Notes under the pieces: generated by a model
The model's input: only the letters and a program-made list of their open reading frames with translations
What the model was told of the DNA's origin: nothing
Database searches by the model: none
Position numbers and translations under genes: made by a program
Assembly: GCA_963750165.1 (NCBI GenBank)
Contig: CAVVPN010000012.1
Span: forward strand, 832,001-896,000
Length of the DNA stretch: 64,000 nucleotides
Reading direction: 5' to 3'
From: an uncultured Gemmataceae bacterium
GTDB taxonomy: Bacteria; Planctomycetota; Planctomycetia; Gemmatales; Gemmataceae
Shown: piece after piece, positions 1-11,573 of the stretch
How positions within the stretch are numbered: the first letter of the stretch is position 1
Layout of the letters: each line of letters begins with the position of its first letter

Positions 1-2270
1 GCGATGCAGTAAGCGGACTCGCCCAGGTTCTCCGGGTTCGCGTCGCGCTGGAGCGAGACGGTCAGGTAGGCCCAGACGAGCGAACCGTCCTTGCGGACCA
101 GGCGTTTTTCCATCGTGAAGCTGGGAATGTCACCGCTCATCAGGGGACCAAACAGGGCGAGGTTCTCCGCCAGATCCTCGAGATACACCACCTCGGGGAT
201 GGCCATCCCCACCAGGTCGGTCTGCGGGTAGCCGATGATGTCGGCCAACTTCTCGTTGACGCGCAGGCAGTAGCCTTGCGCATCCAGGTGGGCAATGCCG
301 ACGGCCGCGTTCTCGAAGGTGCCGCGGAAGCGTTCCTCGCTCTGCCGCAGCGCTTCCTGGGCCCGCTTGAGATCGGTAATATCGACGCTGCTGCCACTGA
401 AGCGCACCGGTCTTCCCGCCGAGTCGCGCACGGCCACGCCGCGCGTGAGCAACCAGCGATAGGAGCCGTCCTTGTGCCGGTTACGATGCTCAACCTCGAA
501 CTCCCCCGCTTCGCCGGACAGGTAGGTCTGGATGGCACGCTGCAAGCGCGGCTCGTCCTCGGGATGGATCAAGGCCATCCTGTCGGGAAAGGTAGTGGGC
601 CCATCGTTGCGGTCATAGCCGAGCAACTCCCAGAGATTGTTGATGGTCAGCCGGGCGTTGTCGAGCACGCCGTCCGGCATATCAACCTCCCAGATGCCGA
701 TGTTCGAGCCGCGCACCGCCAGGTCGAGCCGGGCGTGAGCCTGGCTCAACTCTGCCTCCAAGCGTTTGCGCTCGGAGATGTCCTGGGCGATCACAATGCA
801 GTAGGTGGGTTGTCCCGATGCATCGCGCTGGAGTGAGACGATCAGGGAAGCCCAGACGATCCGGGCGTCCCGGCGGCGAAAGCGCTTCTCCATGGTAAAG
901 CTGGGCAGGTCGCCACGCACCACACGGTCGAACAGCGCGAGGTTGGTTGGCAGATCCTCGGGATACACCACCTCCGGGATGGTCCTCCCGACCGCTTCCG
1001 AGCGGGAATAGCCGAGGATGTCGCAAAAGACGCCGTTGGCGCGCAAACAGCGGTACTGGCTGTCCACGTGGGCGATGCCGACGGCCGCGTTCTCGAAGGT
1101 ATTGCGGAACCGTTCCTCGCTCTCGCGCAACGCCTCCTCGGTCGCCCGCAGGTCGGTGATGTCGGTGCAGGTGCCGAACCATTTGACAATGTTCCCGGCG
1201 TCGTCCCGAATGGGTACGCCGCGCGTCTTGAACCAACGGTAGATGTCGTCCTGGTGGCGGACGCGGTATTCCACGTCATAAGGGCCGCGTCCCGCTACCG
1301 AGTCCAGCCAGAATTGCCGGGTCGGCTCCCGGTCGTCGGGGTGCAGCAATTCCAGCCAGCGCCAGCCCAGCAAGTCACGCTCGGGCACGCCGGTGTGTTG
1401 CGTCCACTGCGTGCTGAAGTAATCACAGGCGCCATCCGGTGTGGCCGCCCAGACGAGTTGCGGCAGCGCTTCGGTCAGGCTGCGCCAGCGCTGCTCGCTC
1501 TCGCGCAACTCCTCCTCGGCGAGCTTGACCCGGGTGATGTCGCGGGAGACGCCAAAGGTGCCGATGATCTTGCCGTCCTTGTCGCGAAAGGGCATCTTGG
1601 TAGTGGACACCCAGCGCACCCGGCCATCCAGCCAGACTTCCTTTTCCTCCTTGCCCACCACCGGTTGGCCGGTCTGGAGGATCGCCTGTTCGTCCGCGTG
1701 GGTGGCGCGGGCGTGGTCTTCCGCGTAGAAGTCGAAATCCGTCTTGCCGAGCGCTTGCCCGGGGTCGCTGAGGCCGAAGTAAGTGGTCAGGGCCTTGTTG
1801 ATGCGGACGAAGCGGCTGGCGGCGTCCTTGAAGTACATGTTGTCGGGAAGGTTCTCCATGAGCGTGTGCAGCAGATACCCCTCCTGGAGCAGTTCCTCCG
1901 CCGGTCGCCGGCGCTCGTCGGCCACCAGGCGGTTCCGGGCCCGGTGCAGGAACTCGCTCAGAATGCTCATCAGCGTACCCGCCAGCACGAAGAGCACCAG
2001 GGCGACGACGTTCGCGGTGTCCGCGATCGCGAACGAATAGCGCGGCTCAATGAGGAAGTAGCTCGCCACGGCGACGCCGAGGAACGTGGCCAGCAGGCCG
2101 GGCCACAAGCCGCCCAGGTAAGCGCTGAGGAGGACCGCCAGGATTAAGGTCAGGAACGGGCTACTATCTCCGAGCACGGGCCAGAGCGGCCACCGCAGCG
2201 CCAGCGCCAGGCCCGTGGAGAGAAAGGCCGCACCGTAGGCTACCAGTCGGGCGCGACGTCTTTCGTGCAT
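1..2270 (-). CDS. Membrane-anchored multi-PAS sensor (probable histidine kinase); 3' end runs off the left edge
   Basis: Manual translation from ATG 2270 gives MHERRRARLVAYGAAFLSTGLALALRWPLWPVLGDSSPFLTLILAVLLSAYLGGLWPGLLATFL (DUF4118-like TM sensor), then repeated PAS/PAC units (ERFR.TFENAAVGIAH). The start and the left edge share one frame. The kinase domain is not in the window; the gene is divergent from a response regulator. Confidence 0.85.
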   Translation of the reverse strand, partial: MHERRRARLVAYGAAFLSTGLALALRWPLWPVLGDSSPFLTLILAVLLSAYLGGLWPGLLATFLGVAVASYFLIEPRYSFAIADTANVVALVLFVLAGTLMSILSEFLHRARNRLVADERRRPAEELLQEGYLLHTLMENLPDNMYFKDAASRFVRINKALTTYFGLSDPGQALGKTDFDFYAEDHARATHADEQAILQTGQPVVGKEEKEVWLDGRVRWVSTTKMPFRDKDGKIIGTFGVSRDITRVKLAEEELRESEQRWRSLTEALPQLVWAATPDGACDYFSTQWTQHTGVPERDLLGWRWLELLHPDDREPTRQFWLDSVAGRGPYDVEYRVRHQDDIYRWFKTRGVPIRDDAGNIVKWFGTCTDITDLRATEEALRESEERFRNTFENAAVGIAHVDSQYRCLRANGVFCDILGYSRSEAVGRTIPEVVYPEDLPTNLALFDRVVRGDLPSFTMEKRFRRRDARIVWASLIVSLQRDASGQPTYCIVIAQDISERKRLEAELSQAHARLDLAVRGSNIGIWEVDMPDGVLDNARLTINNLWELLGYDRNDGPTTFPDRMALIHPEDEPRLQRAIQTYLSGEAGEFEVEHRNRHKDGSYRWLLTRGVAVRDSAGRPVRFSGSSVDITDLKRAQEALRQSEERFRGTFENAAVGIAHLDAQGYCLRVNEKLADIIGYPQTDLVGMAIPEVVYLEDLAENLALFGPLMSGDIPSFTMEKRLVRKDGSLVWAYLTVSLQRDANPENLGESAYCI

Positions 2271-2389
2271 GCCAACCTCGCAGTCCGGGGTCGTCTCGTG
2301 CCGTGCTCCCCCGGCTGGACAGGCCGAGCCATCGCCCCGACAATGATCTTGCCTTTCCTTCCCCTGGCGTACCGAGGCGGAGCCGAACC

Positions 2390-3842
<1,453 letters not shown>

Positions 3843-3870
3843 GACCGCTCGGCCAGCGCGGTCACCGCCG

Positions 3871-3911
3871 CGGTAGTAAATGTTCCACGCCGTCTGGTAA
3901 GTCGGCTACCA
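3871..3911. promoter_or_regulatory. Putative upstream activator (bEBP) binding sites
   Basis: Palindrome TGGTA-N7-TACCA (3895-3911) and an imperfect neighbour CGGTA-N7-TTCCA (3871-3887), about 130-170 bp upstream of a sigma-54 promoter. Confidence 0.5.
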
Positions 3912-3966
3912 TTTCACTGCCTGTGCCGCAGCCAGGGAGTCACCGAACCTCCAGGTTCAGGTTTGG

Positions 3967-4009
3967 ATTTATTGGTTCGCGTGGAAGTGGGCCGCGCGAA
4001 CCGATAAAT
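3967..4009. repeat. Inverted repeat with 15-bp arms and one mismatch
   Basis: ATTTATTGGTTCGCG ... CGCGAACCGATAAAT. Confidence 0.75.
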
Positions 4010-4037
4010 CGGGAAGGGGTTTTCGGTGCCTGCCCCC

Positions 4038-4053
4038 TTGGCATACGGGTTGC
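4038..4053 (+). promoter_or_regulatory. Sigma-54 (-24/-12) promoter
   Basis: TTGGCATACGGGTTGC has exact GG-N10-GC spacing, about 75 bp upstream of the ACP start and next to a sigma-54 activator gene. Confidence 0.8.
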
Positions 4054-4129
4054 CTTACCCCGTACCATCCAAGCTCTACGGCTGTTGTAGACCCGGAGAG
4101 CGGTAATTTCCTTGAGAAGGGGTGGGGCC

Positions 4130-4558
4130 ATGTCCGCTTCCGAAACCATTTACGAGACGGTAGTGAGGGTGCTGGTGGAATCGCTGAACGTGGACGAAGA
4201 GGACCTCACGCCGACCATCACCCTGAAAGGCGACCTGGGCGCGGAGTCCATCGACTTTCTGGACCTCCTGTTTCGCCTGGAGCGCGAGTTCGGCATCAAG
4301 ATTCCGCGCGACGAATTGTTCCCCGAGTCGCTTTTCCAGGGCGACCCAGACTTCGTGCGGGACGGCCGGGTGACCGACCAGGGCATGGAGGAGTTGCGAT
4401 CGCGCATGCCCTACGCGGACCTGGAGGCCCTTGATCGAGACCGACGGTTGAGCGCCGTCGCCGACCTGTTCACTGTCGGCCTGATGGCCCGGTACGTGGC
4501 GTGGAAGCTCGGCCAGCCGCAGTCCCAAAGTGAGCCTCCTGCCTACCTCCAGTCGTAA
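4130..4558 (+). CDS. Acyl carrier protein (planctomycete-type, extended)
   Basis: DLGAESIDFLDLLFRLEREFGIKIP phosphopantetheine-site motif. Confidence 0.88.
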   Translation: MSASETIYETVVRVLVESLNVDEEDLTPTITLKGDLGAESIDFLDLLFRLEREFGIKIPRDELFPESLFQGDPDFVRDGRVTDQGMEELRSRMPYADLEALDRDRRLSAVADLFTVGLMARYVAWKLGQPQSQSEPPAYLQS

Positions 4559-4672
4559 TCGTTCAAGGTCCGAGGCCGCAGACCCGATATAATCACTACC
4601 ACCGCGCGCCCAGAAGATGACTCCACTGGACACCCTGCACAAACCTGGGAAATTGAGAGATCCAGGGAACCG

Positions 4673-6304
4673 ATGGTTTGCCCGGAAAGTGGAGTGTGTC
4701 ACCGCCGCAGCCCTGGGGGCCTGACCTTGGCGACCAGTACGACCACTACCGGGCGGCTCCGTGTCGGGTGGCAGTTCGTCGGCTTCCTGCTGCTGAGCAT
4801 CACACTCGGTTGCAGCCAGGGACGCTTCCAGCGCCAGGAGGGTCTGACCCAGCGCATTCTGCCGCCGCAACCGGTCAGCGTTCCCGAAGAGCCCCCCACC
4901 GCCGGGACTCAGGCCCGACTGGGGGCTCCCCGAGCAACCAGTGAGGGGGACGCCGAACGCCCCGTGGTACAGGCATCAGCTCAGGGAATCGGGACCGGCT
5001 GTGAGCCCGCCCAGACACTCAGCCTTCCCGAGGCGATCGACACGGCTTTTCGACAACAGCCGCGCTTGCGGGTCTACCTGGAGGGCGTCGAGCAAGCCCG
5101 TCGTGCCGAGGACGTGGCATTCGCTCCGTTCTTGCCAATGGCCGTGGCGGGATACTCGGCGGGCGGCTTCAACCTGAACGCCGGCGGACTAAGCGTGATC
5201 CCGGGGGTTCCTCCCGGCTTCACGTTCATCCCCGCCCTGGGGGCCATCCCCATCGGGTTGAACATCAACACTGGCTATGAGCTGGCCGACCTGAAGTTGC
5301 AGTGGCTGATCTGTGACTTCGGCCGCCGGCTGGGCCGCTATCGTCAAGCCGGTCTCGCCGCCGACATTGCCCAGTTGCAGAGCGAGCGGGCCTATCAGAC
5401 GGTGGCCAATGAGGTGTCGGTGGCGTACTACCAGGTGCTGCGCACCCGGGCCCTGCGGAAGACCGCCCGGGACGCCGTTCGCCGCGGTGAAGACGATCTG
5501 GAGGTGGCGAAGAACCTGGAAAAAGGCGGCGCTCTGGAGAAGGAGAAGCGACTGCGGGTCGAAGTGCTGTTGTCGGAAAGTCATCGGCTGCTCGACGCCG
5601 CGGAGGGGGCGGAAACGGTGGCGGTCGCCACCCTCAACCTGGCCATCGGCCTGAACGTCAACGCCCCAACTGCCGTTCAGGAAAGCGCGGACGTGCCGCC
5701 CTTCACGCAGTCGCTGGCCGAGTGCTTGCAGACAGCGGTCGGTCTGCGCCGCGAGTTCCAGGTGGCCCGCCGCTCGATCCAGGCCGCCGACGAGGGCCGG
5801 CGCGTGGCCCAGGCCGACTTCGCCCCGCGTATCGTCGCCGAGGGCTCGCTGATCGATTTCCAGCAGTCCGATCCACGCGGCCACGCCGACCTGGCGCTCG
5901 GTTTCATCAAACTGGAGTGGGGCCTGTTTCAAGGCGGCAAACGGGTGGCCGAGTTGCGCGCGTCCGATTCCAGGATCCGCAGCGCCATGGCCCAGGCGGA
6001 GTCCATCGCGGATACCATTGCTTTCCAGGTGACGGAAGCCTATCGCAACCTGGTCACCGCGCGCCTGGGGATCGAGCGCTCGCGCCCGGCGGTGGCTCAG
6101 GCGGAAGAGAATCAGCGGCTGGTTCGCGCCCGGGCCAATGTGGGGGCCGCCACGTCCGCCGAAATCACCGACGCCGAGAGCACGCTGACCCGCGCCCAGC
6201 AAGCTTACCTCAATTCGATTCACGATTACCTCATCGCCCTGGCGCGCCTGGAATACGCGATGGGGGTCACTCCGACCCCCGGCCGCGCTCACGGCCATCA
6301 GTAG
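4673..6304 (+). CDS. TolC-family outer membrane efflux lipoprotein (start uncertain, possibly 4727)
   Basis: Lipobox TLGC, LSLPEAIDTA, two OEP repeats, C-terminal YLIALARLEYAMG. Confidence 0.88.
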   Translation: MVCPESGVCHRRSPGGLTLATSTTTTGRLRVGWQFVGFLLLSITLGCSQGRFQRQEGLTQRILPPQPVSVPEEPPTAGTQARLGAPRATSEGDAERPVVQASAQGIGTGCEPAQTLSLPEAIDTAFRQQPRLRVYLEGVEQARRAEDVAFAPFLPMAVAGYSAGGFNLNAGGLSVIPGVPPGFTFIPALGAIPIGLNINTGYELADLKLQWLICDFGRRLGRYRQAGLAADIAQLQSERAYQTVANEVSVAYYQVLRTRALRKTARDAVRRGEDDLEVAKNLEKGGALEKEKRLRVEVLLSESHRLLDAAEGAETVAVATLNLAIGLNVNAPTAVQESADVPPFTQSLAECLQTAVGLRREFQVARRSIQAADEGRRVAQADFAPRIVAEGSLIDFQQSDPRGHADLALGFIKLEWGLFQGGKRVAELRASDSRIRSAMAQAESIADTIAFQVTEAYRNLVTARLGIERSRPAVAQAEENQRLVRARANVGAATSAEITDAESTLTRAQQAYLNSIHDYLIALARLEYAMGVTPTPGRAHGHQ

Positions 6305-6342
6305 GGCCCGAGGAACTGGCCTGCGACCTCCTGAGTACGCAC

Positions 6343-7771
6343 ATGACAGCCGATGCACCCAAGGCGCCGCCTCCTCCCACTCCGACTGGCTCACCCCCCG
6401 TCACGGCGCCTGCATCCCACGAGCCGCGCCTGTTCCGGTGGGTCGTCTGGTGCGCCGTCGCCGGGGTGGTCATCGCGGCGGCGTACTTCGGCACGCACTG
6501 GTGGACCTACAGAGTCTCCCATTCCATCACCGACGACGCTTTCGTCGAGGCGCACATCGTCAACATCGCTCCCGAGATGGTTTCGGGCCGCATTGTCCGT
6601 TTCCTGGTCGAAGAGAACGATCAGGTCAAACAGGGTCAGCCGCTGGCGGTGATCGAACCGATCCACTACCGCGATCAGGTGGAGCAGGCGCGTGGCAAGC
6701 TCGACCTCGCCGAAGCAGAGCTGAAACGGCAGCAGGCGGGCCTCGACAAGTTCAGGAATGAGGTTCCCCTCCAGATCGGCATTTCCGGGCAGACGCTCGC
6801 CAGCGCGCAGACCGAGGCGGATCGGGCGGAAGACGCCCTGACACTCACCTACAACGAGGTCTACAAGACCATTGACGAGGCCAGGGCGGCGGTCGCGGTC
6901 GCGCAAGGCGAACTCCGTGCTCGCCAAGTCGGAGTATGACCGCTGGACGAAACTCGCCGCGCAGGACGCGACGACCAAGGTGAAAGCCGATGAGGTGAAG
7001 CGCGCGTTTGACGCAACCAGGGCCGAGAAGCGGCTGGCCGACGCCAGGCTGGCCAAGGCCGTGGCCGCCTTGACGCGGATCGAGGTCGCCGGTGCGCGAC
7101 CTGGAGATTGCCCAGACACTGGTCACCAAGGCCGGGATCGCCCTGAAGCTTGCCGAGACCGGCTACGACCAGATCAAGGAAGTCGAGCAGATGGTCGCGG
7201 TGAAACGGGAGGTGGTCAAGGACGCCCAGATCGCGCTGGACTCGGCTCGGCACACCTTCCAGTTCACGGAGGTCCGCGCCCCGTTTCCCGGCGTGGTGGT
7301 CAAGCGCTACCGCAACCTCGGAGACTTCGTGTCCCCCGGCGTCTCGATCCTGAGCATGTACAACCCGAACCTGCTCTACGTGACGGCCAACCTGGAGGAG
7401 ACACGGCTGCGCGGAGTGGCTCCCGGCAACCCGGTCGAACTGCGGCTCGATGCCTTCGACCGAGCCGTTCCAGGGCCGGGTTGTCTGGATCAACAAATCG
7501 ACCGGGGCGCAGTTCGCCCTGATGCCACGGAACGTCGTTTCCGGCGAGTTCACCAAGGTCGTGCAGCGCGTCCCGGTGCGCATCTGGATCGAGAAAGATG
7601 AACGCTGGCCGCTGCTTGCGTGCCGGTCTCTCGGCCCAGGTGGTCATCGCACACGGAGACGGGGACGCCGTCTGGGCCGAGCAGGCCGCCCGGGAGATGC
7701 GCGACCTGGAGATGCGCTACAACCAGCCGCAGTTTCCGAACCGCGGGGCTGGCCCGGGGGACCCGCCATGA
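6343..7771 (+). CDS. HlyD/EmrA-family membrane fusion protein (several frameshifts)
   Basis: TDDAFVEAH, VRAPFPGVV, VTANLEET and SGEFTKVVQRVPVRI in successive frames; the stop overlaps the next ATG (ATGA). Confidence 0.85.
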
Positions 7772-9391
7772 CCGCCACGCTGGCCCCCGCCCCCCAGGCC
7801 GCGGCGCCCGAGCCTGCGCCGGCCCCGCCGCTGCTGCTCGCGCGCCGACACTGGCTGGCGGCCCTGGCGATCCTTGTCGTCTTCTTCGCGCCCTACCAGA
7901 CGCTCGTGCAGACCGTCATCACCGACGATGCCGTGCGGAAAGGCGTCAACGTCGATGATTACGACATGACCTGGTGCAGGTCGGCTACGGTGTCGGCGTC
8001 CTGTACGGGGTGTTCACGGGACTGTGGCTGTCGGCCCGGATCGGCGCCCGCTACACCATCGCCCTGGGCCTCGTGGGTTTCGCCCTGGGCAACCTGCTGT
8101 GTGGGGCAGCGGTCGGGCTGGAGAGCCTGATCGTCGGCCGTTTCGTCGATGGCTTCGGCAAGATGATGGTGATGGGCCTCTGCCGGACCACGCTCTACAA
8201 GCAGTTTGACCGGCTGCTGCTCGTGGCCATCGGCTTCTACGGCGATCTTCGCCTACGCGACGCGCAACGCGACCCCGCTGCTCATGGCGGAGCTTGACCG
8301 TGGGGCTGTCGTGGCGGTGGATGTACTGGTTCTACGTCCCGATCGCGCTGCTGGGAGTGGTGCTCGTCTGGAAGTATCTGCGTCCCGACCGCCCGCCGCG
8401 GCCCATGCACCTGCCCATCGACTGGCTGGCCGTCACGCTTTTCATGGCCTGGGTGGTCGCGGTCGTGTTCGCCTTCAGCTGGTATCGCAAGTGGGGCGGC
8501 TGGACCTCGAACACCTTCGCCGTGACGGTCATCCTCTGCGTCACCCTGCCCGTGGTCCTGGCGGTCTGGCTCGGGTCGGGCTTCAGCCCCGACGAGCATC
8601 TGAAGCGGCTGCTGCGAACCCGCGTCTTCATCCTGTCGATGACGCTCCGCGGCCTGATGCTCACGCACCTGGTCGGCGTGCTGACAATCGTGGGCCTGTA
8701 CGCCACCGAGCTGCGCGGCTACGACCGGACCACGGCGGGCTGGCTGATGGTGCCGACCACACTGACGATGGCGAGTCACCACATTCCTGACGACCTGGTT
8801 CCACCGGCGCAGCCTGCGGCACGTCTGGCTGTTCGTGGGCGTGGTGGGGACGGCGGCGTGTGTGTGGTGGCTGTCGTCGCTGGACAACTTCACTCCGAAG
8901 GGGCACGTGGCCTTGATCCTGGCCTGCTGGGGGGCGTTCCTCGGCCTGATCCCGCCCGTCTTCCTGACCGACGAGATCGAGGGGCTGAACCCCAGGGAAT
9001 TCCTCTACGCCGGCGCCCTGGCCGTCGTCGGCCTGGTCACGCCGATCATCACGGTGCCGACGGCGACGGGGACCGATGATCAAGGCGTGGTCCGACCGGG
9101 CGCTGGACACCTACCGCCTCAACCTCAGCACCAACCGTCCCGCGGTGTCGGCAGCCGCAGGCCCGCGTCGCCGACTACTATCGACAGCGCGGACAGAGCG
9201 GGCCTGTCCTGCAGCAGGAAACCGCGACCGTCCTGGGCGGGTTCGCCACGGTCGAGAGCGTCGCCTACGGTTTCCGCCACGGCCTGCGTTTCCTGAGCCT
9301 GATGATGCTGGGGCTCGGACTGGCGATTGCCTGGCTGCTGTGGCGGGCGGCCCGGGGCTTGCGCGCGCCGCCTGGGGCCGGTTACACCTGA
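7768..9391 (+). CDS. MFS (EmrB-like) transporter (several frameshifts)
   Basis: Many TM segments over shifting frames; LSARIGARY loop motif, LSWRWMYWFYVPIALLG, PIDWLAV. Confidence 0.8.
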
Positions 9392-9497
9392 GGTTTGCTG
9401 TTTCCCCGGCATGGTTGTTTCCTTGATTGAAACTGCTGCAAAGAAATTGGGTGGAGAAAAGCGTCTGCCCGGCAACAAGTCGAAACCGGGGGGTTGA

Positions 9498-9743
9498 CCG
9501 TTTGAGTCTGCCATTGCAAGTTTTGATGGGCTTCACGCGATCGGGGTAAGATCCATTGACTCGCAGTCATCGCGAAAAATTCGTGGCATCAAGACGCGAG
9601 CGAACTTCTTTTACAACCCCATGTGGCGCGTGTATGGTCAACAGGCAGCAGATGAAGCTGCTCGTCGTGCTTATGAGGATCTTTCCTGCCGGGGTAATAT
9701 GCTTCGCCAGCATTTCACGCCTGGGACCGGCGCAGTGCTTTAG
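9498..9743 (+). pseudogene. Start-less remnant resembling an endonuclease/exonuclease/phosphatase-family gene
   Basis: 81-codon open frame PFESAIASFDGLHAIGVRSIDSQSSRKIRGIKTRANFFYNPMWRVYG..., preceded directly by TGA, in lower-GC DNA. The PFE...GLHA...FYNPMW pattern was recognised by eye. Confidence 0.55.
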
Positions 9744-9819
9744 GAGGCGCCGAACAACAACTTCCAAGAGTAGGACGGCTCTGGAGAGCCGTCCTACGAA
9801 GTTGTTGTTCGGCGCCTCC
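9743..9819. mobile_element. 77-bp MITE-like element with an internal REP
   Basis: Perfect 22-bp TIRs GGAGGCGCCGAACAACAACTTC, flanked by TTA at 9740-9742 and 9820-9822. The core is the palindrome GTAGGACGGCTC-TGGA-GAGCCGTCCTAC. Confidence 0.7.
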
Positions 9820-10917
9820 TTAGCGATTGAGCAAACTAACATCACGGACATTTTGTTCGGCGATCGCGCGGCTGATCTTGTTCGCCCGCCACAGCTGCCG
9901 CACCGATTCGTCAAAACTCAACATACCATCATCACGGCAGGTCAGGAGGTAGTTGTCAATGCTCTCGATCTTGCCGGTGCGGATGGCACTGGCAATGGGA
10001 AACGTGTTCCATAACACTTCCAGCGCCAGGTGCCGCTTGACCCCCTTTTCGACACCGGGGAGCAGCCGCTGGCTCACGATCGCGCGCAAACCCAGGGCCA
10101 GGAGTGCCCGCACCTCGCGCTGCGCGTCCTGCGGAAACAAATCGGCGTAGCGGCTGATGGCGCCCTTGGCGTCCCGGGTGTGCAGGCTGGTAAACACCAG
10201 ATGTCCCGTTTCCGCGGCACTGAGCGCCATCTGGGCCGTCTCCTGATCGCGGATTTCGCCCACCAGGATGATGTCCGGGTCTTGCCGCAAACCGTACTTG
10301 AGGCCGTCGGCGAAGGTCAGGACATCCGGCCCCACTTCGCGCTGCGTCACCACCGAGTTCGCCGCCCGCGGAAAGCGGTATTCCACCGGTTCCTCAACCG
10401 TGATGATGCGGTAGCCCCCGGTCTTGTTCAACAGGTTGACGAGCATCGCCAGGGTAGTGGTCTTCCCGGAACCGGTGGCGCCGGTCACGATCACCAGCCC
10501 GTCGCGCACGGAAGTCAGCCGCTGGGCCAGGTCCAACGGGAAGCTCGCCCAGGCAAAATCCGGGATGCTGGCGGGCACCACCCGCACACAGGCGCCCAGT
10601 TGCCGGCCGGTGTGGAAGACATTGGCGCGGAAGCGGCTGATGCGGCCGTTGATCACCAGGCCAAACGAAAAATCGACGTTCTTCTGGGCCTGGAGGCGAG
10701 CAAACACTTCGGGCAAACACAGGGCCGCAAGTAACTCGTGCGTCTCTTCCGCGGACAGGGGTGGCTCGGACAGTTCGGTCAGTTCGCCGTGCAAGCGCAG
10801 CACTGGTGGGTAGCCAACGATGACGTGCAGGTCCGAGGCCCCGGTTTGCACCGCACGGCTCAGCCATTTGCGAAGCTGGTCCGGAATCGGCGCCGCTTCT
10901 TGTTTCCTGTCGGTCAT
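9820..10917 (-). CDS. pilT: Type IV pilus retraction ATPase PilT/PilU family
   Basis: ASDLH, GATGSGKTTT, ITVEEPVEY, LRQDPDIILVGEIRD, AETGHLVFTSLHT. Confidence 0.92.
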   Translation of the reverse strand: MTDRKQEAAPIPDQLRKWLSRAVQTGASDLHVIVGYPPVLRLHGELTELSEPPLSAEETHELLAALCLPEVFARLQAQKNVDFSFGLVINGRISRFRANVFHTGRQLGACVRVVPASIPDFAWASFPLDLAQRLTSVRDGLVIVTGATGSGKTTTLAMLVNLLNKTGGYRIITVEEPVEYRFPRAANSVVTQREVGPDVLTFADGLKYGLRQDPDIILVGEIRDQETAQMALSAAETGHLVFTSLHTRDAKGAISRYADLFPQDAQREVRALLALGLRAIVSQRLLPGVEKGVKRHLALEVLWNTFPIASAIRTGKIESIDNYLLTCRDDGMLSFDESVRQLWRANKISRAIAEQNVRDVSLLNR

Positions 10918-10979
10918 GGTCGCCCTCGGGTGTTACCAAGTTCCAGGTAGAGAATCTCCGGTCCTCCGCAAGCTGCCGA

Positions 10980-11007
10980 GGTTGACGACTCTGGAGAGCT
11001 GTCCTAC
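10980..11007. repeat. Degenerate copy of the GTAGGACGGCTC REP
   Basis: GGTTGACGACTCTGGAGAGCTGTCCTAC; compare 9770-9797 and 21877-21900. Confidence 0.6.
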
Positions 11008-11234
11008 ACCTCACCGCCGCTACAGCCCGCACAGGAGAAGGACGGAAGGCGAAAATATGGGGAAATTGTACCGCGCCCGCGCCCGCTGACCTGGTACATT
11101 CTCCTTCGGCGTTTTGGAACAACTCGATGCCACTATGGCAGATTTTTCAGCCAGCCTGGCCAATCGGCTGCCAAAACGACGTTCATGGCCGCGACAACCA
11201 TGCGGGCTCGGCCGAAAAACCACTGAGTGGAGTC

Positions 11235-11251
11235 TTGGCACAGGACATGCT
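11235..11251 (+). promoter_or_regulatory. Putative sigma-54 promoter for the glucan cluster
   Basis: TTGGCACAGGACATGCT, GG-N10-GC, about 320 bp upstream of the first GT4 start. Confidence 0.55.
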
Positions 11252-11573
11252 TTCTCATAGAGACAAGATTAACCCCTGCACTTTTTGAACCCGCAGCCGG
11301 TCGTCCCTGTTACGGGGCGAATACCGCAAGAAAAGCAGGGTTCGCCGCAAAGCGCGACGCCGAAATGTTGGCGTGCGTTACTTTTGTACACCGAAATGAT
11401 TCAAAGACTCCCGTTGCCCACGGTCTTTGCAGACCCCAGGATGTTCGCGAACTGCCAATGATGGCAACACAACCTGCCTCCAAAACGTGCAGATGTTGAG
11501 CCCAGCTATGTCAGCGGGCGCTGCTCGTTCTGTTCCTACTCTCTCACCCTGGATCGCAAAAGGAGTTTGACTC

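Noticed and set aside
11313..11382. c-di-GMP-I riboswitch
   Set aside because: Only the GCAAAGC...GTTAC resemblance is present; I saw no GNRA tetraloop/receptor or P1 pairing. Not called without a covariance search.
11461..11478. Second sigma-54 promoter ATGGCAACACAACCTGC
   Set aside because: The GG-to-GC spacing is 11, not the required 10.
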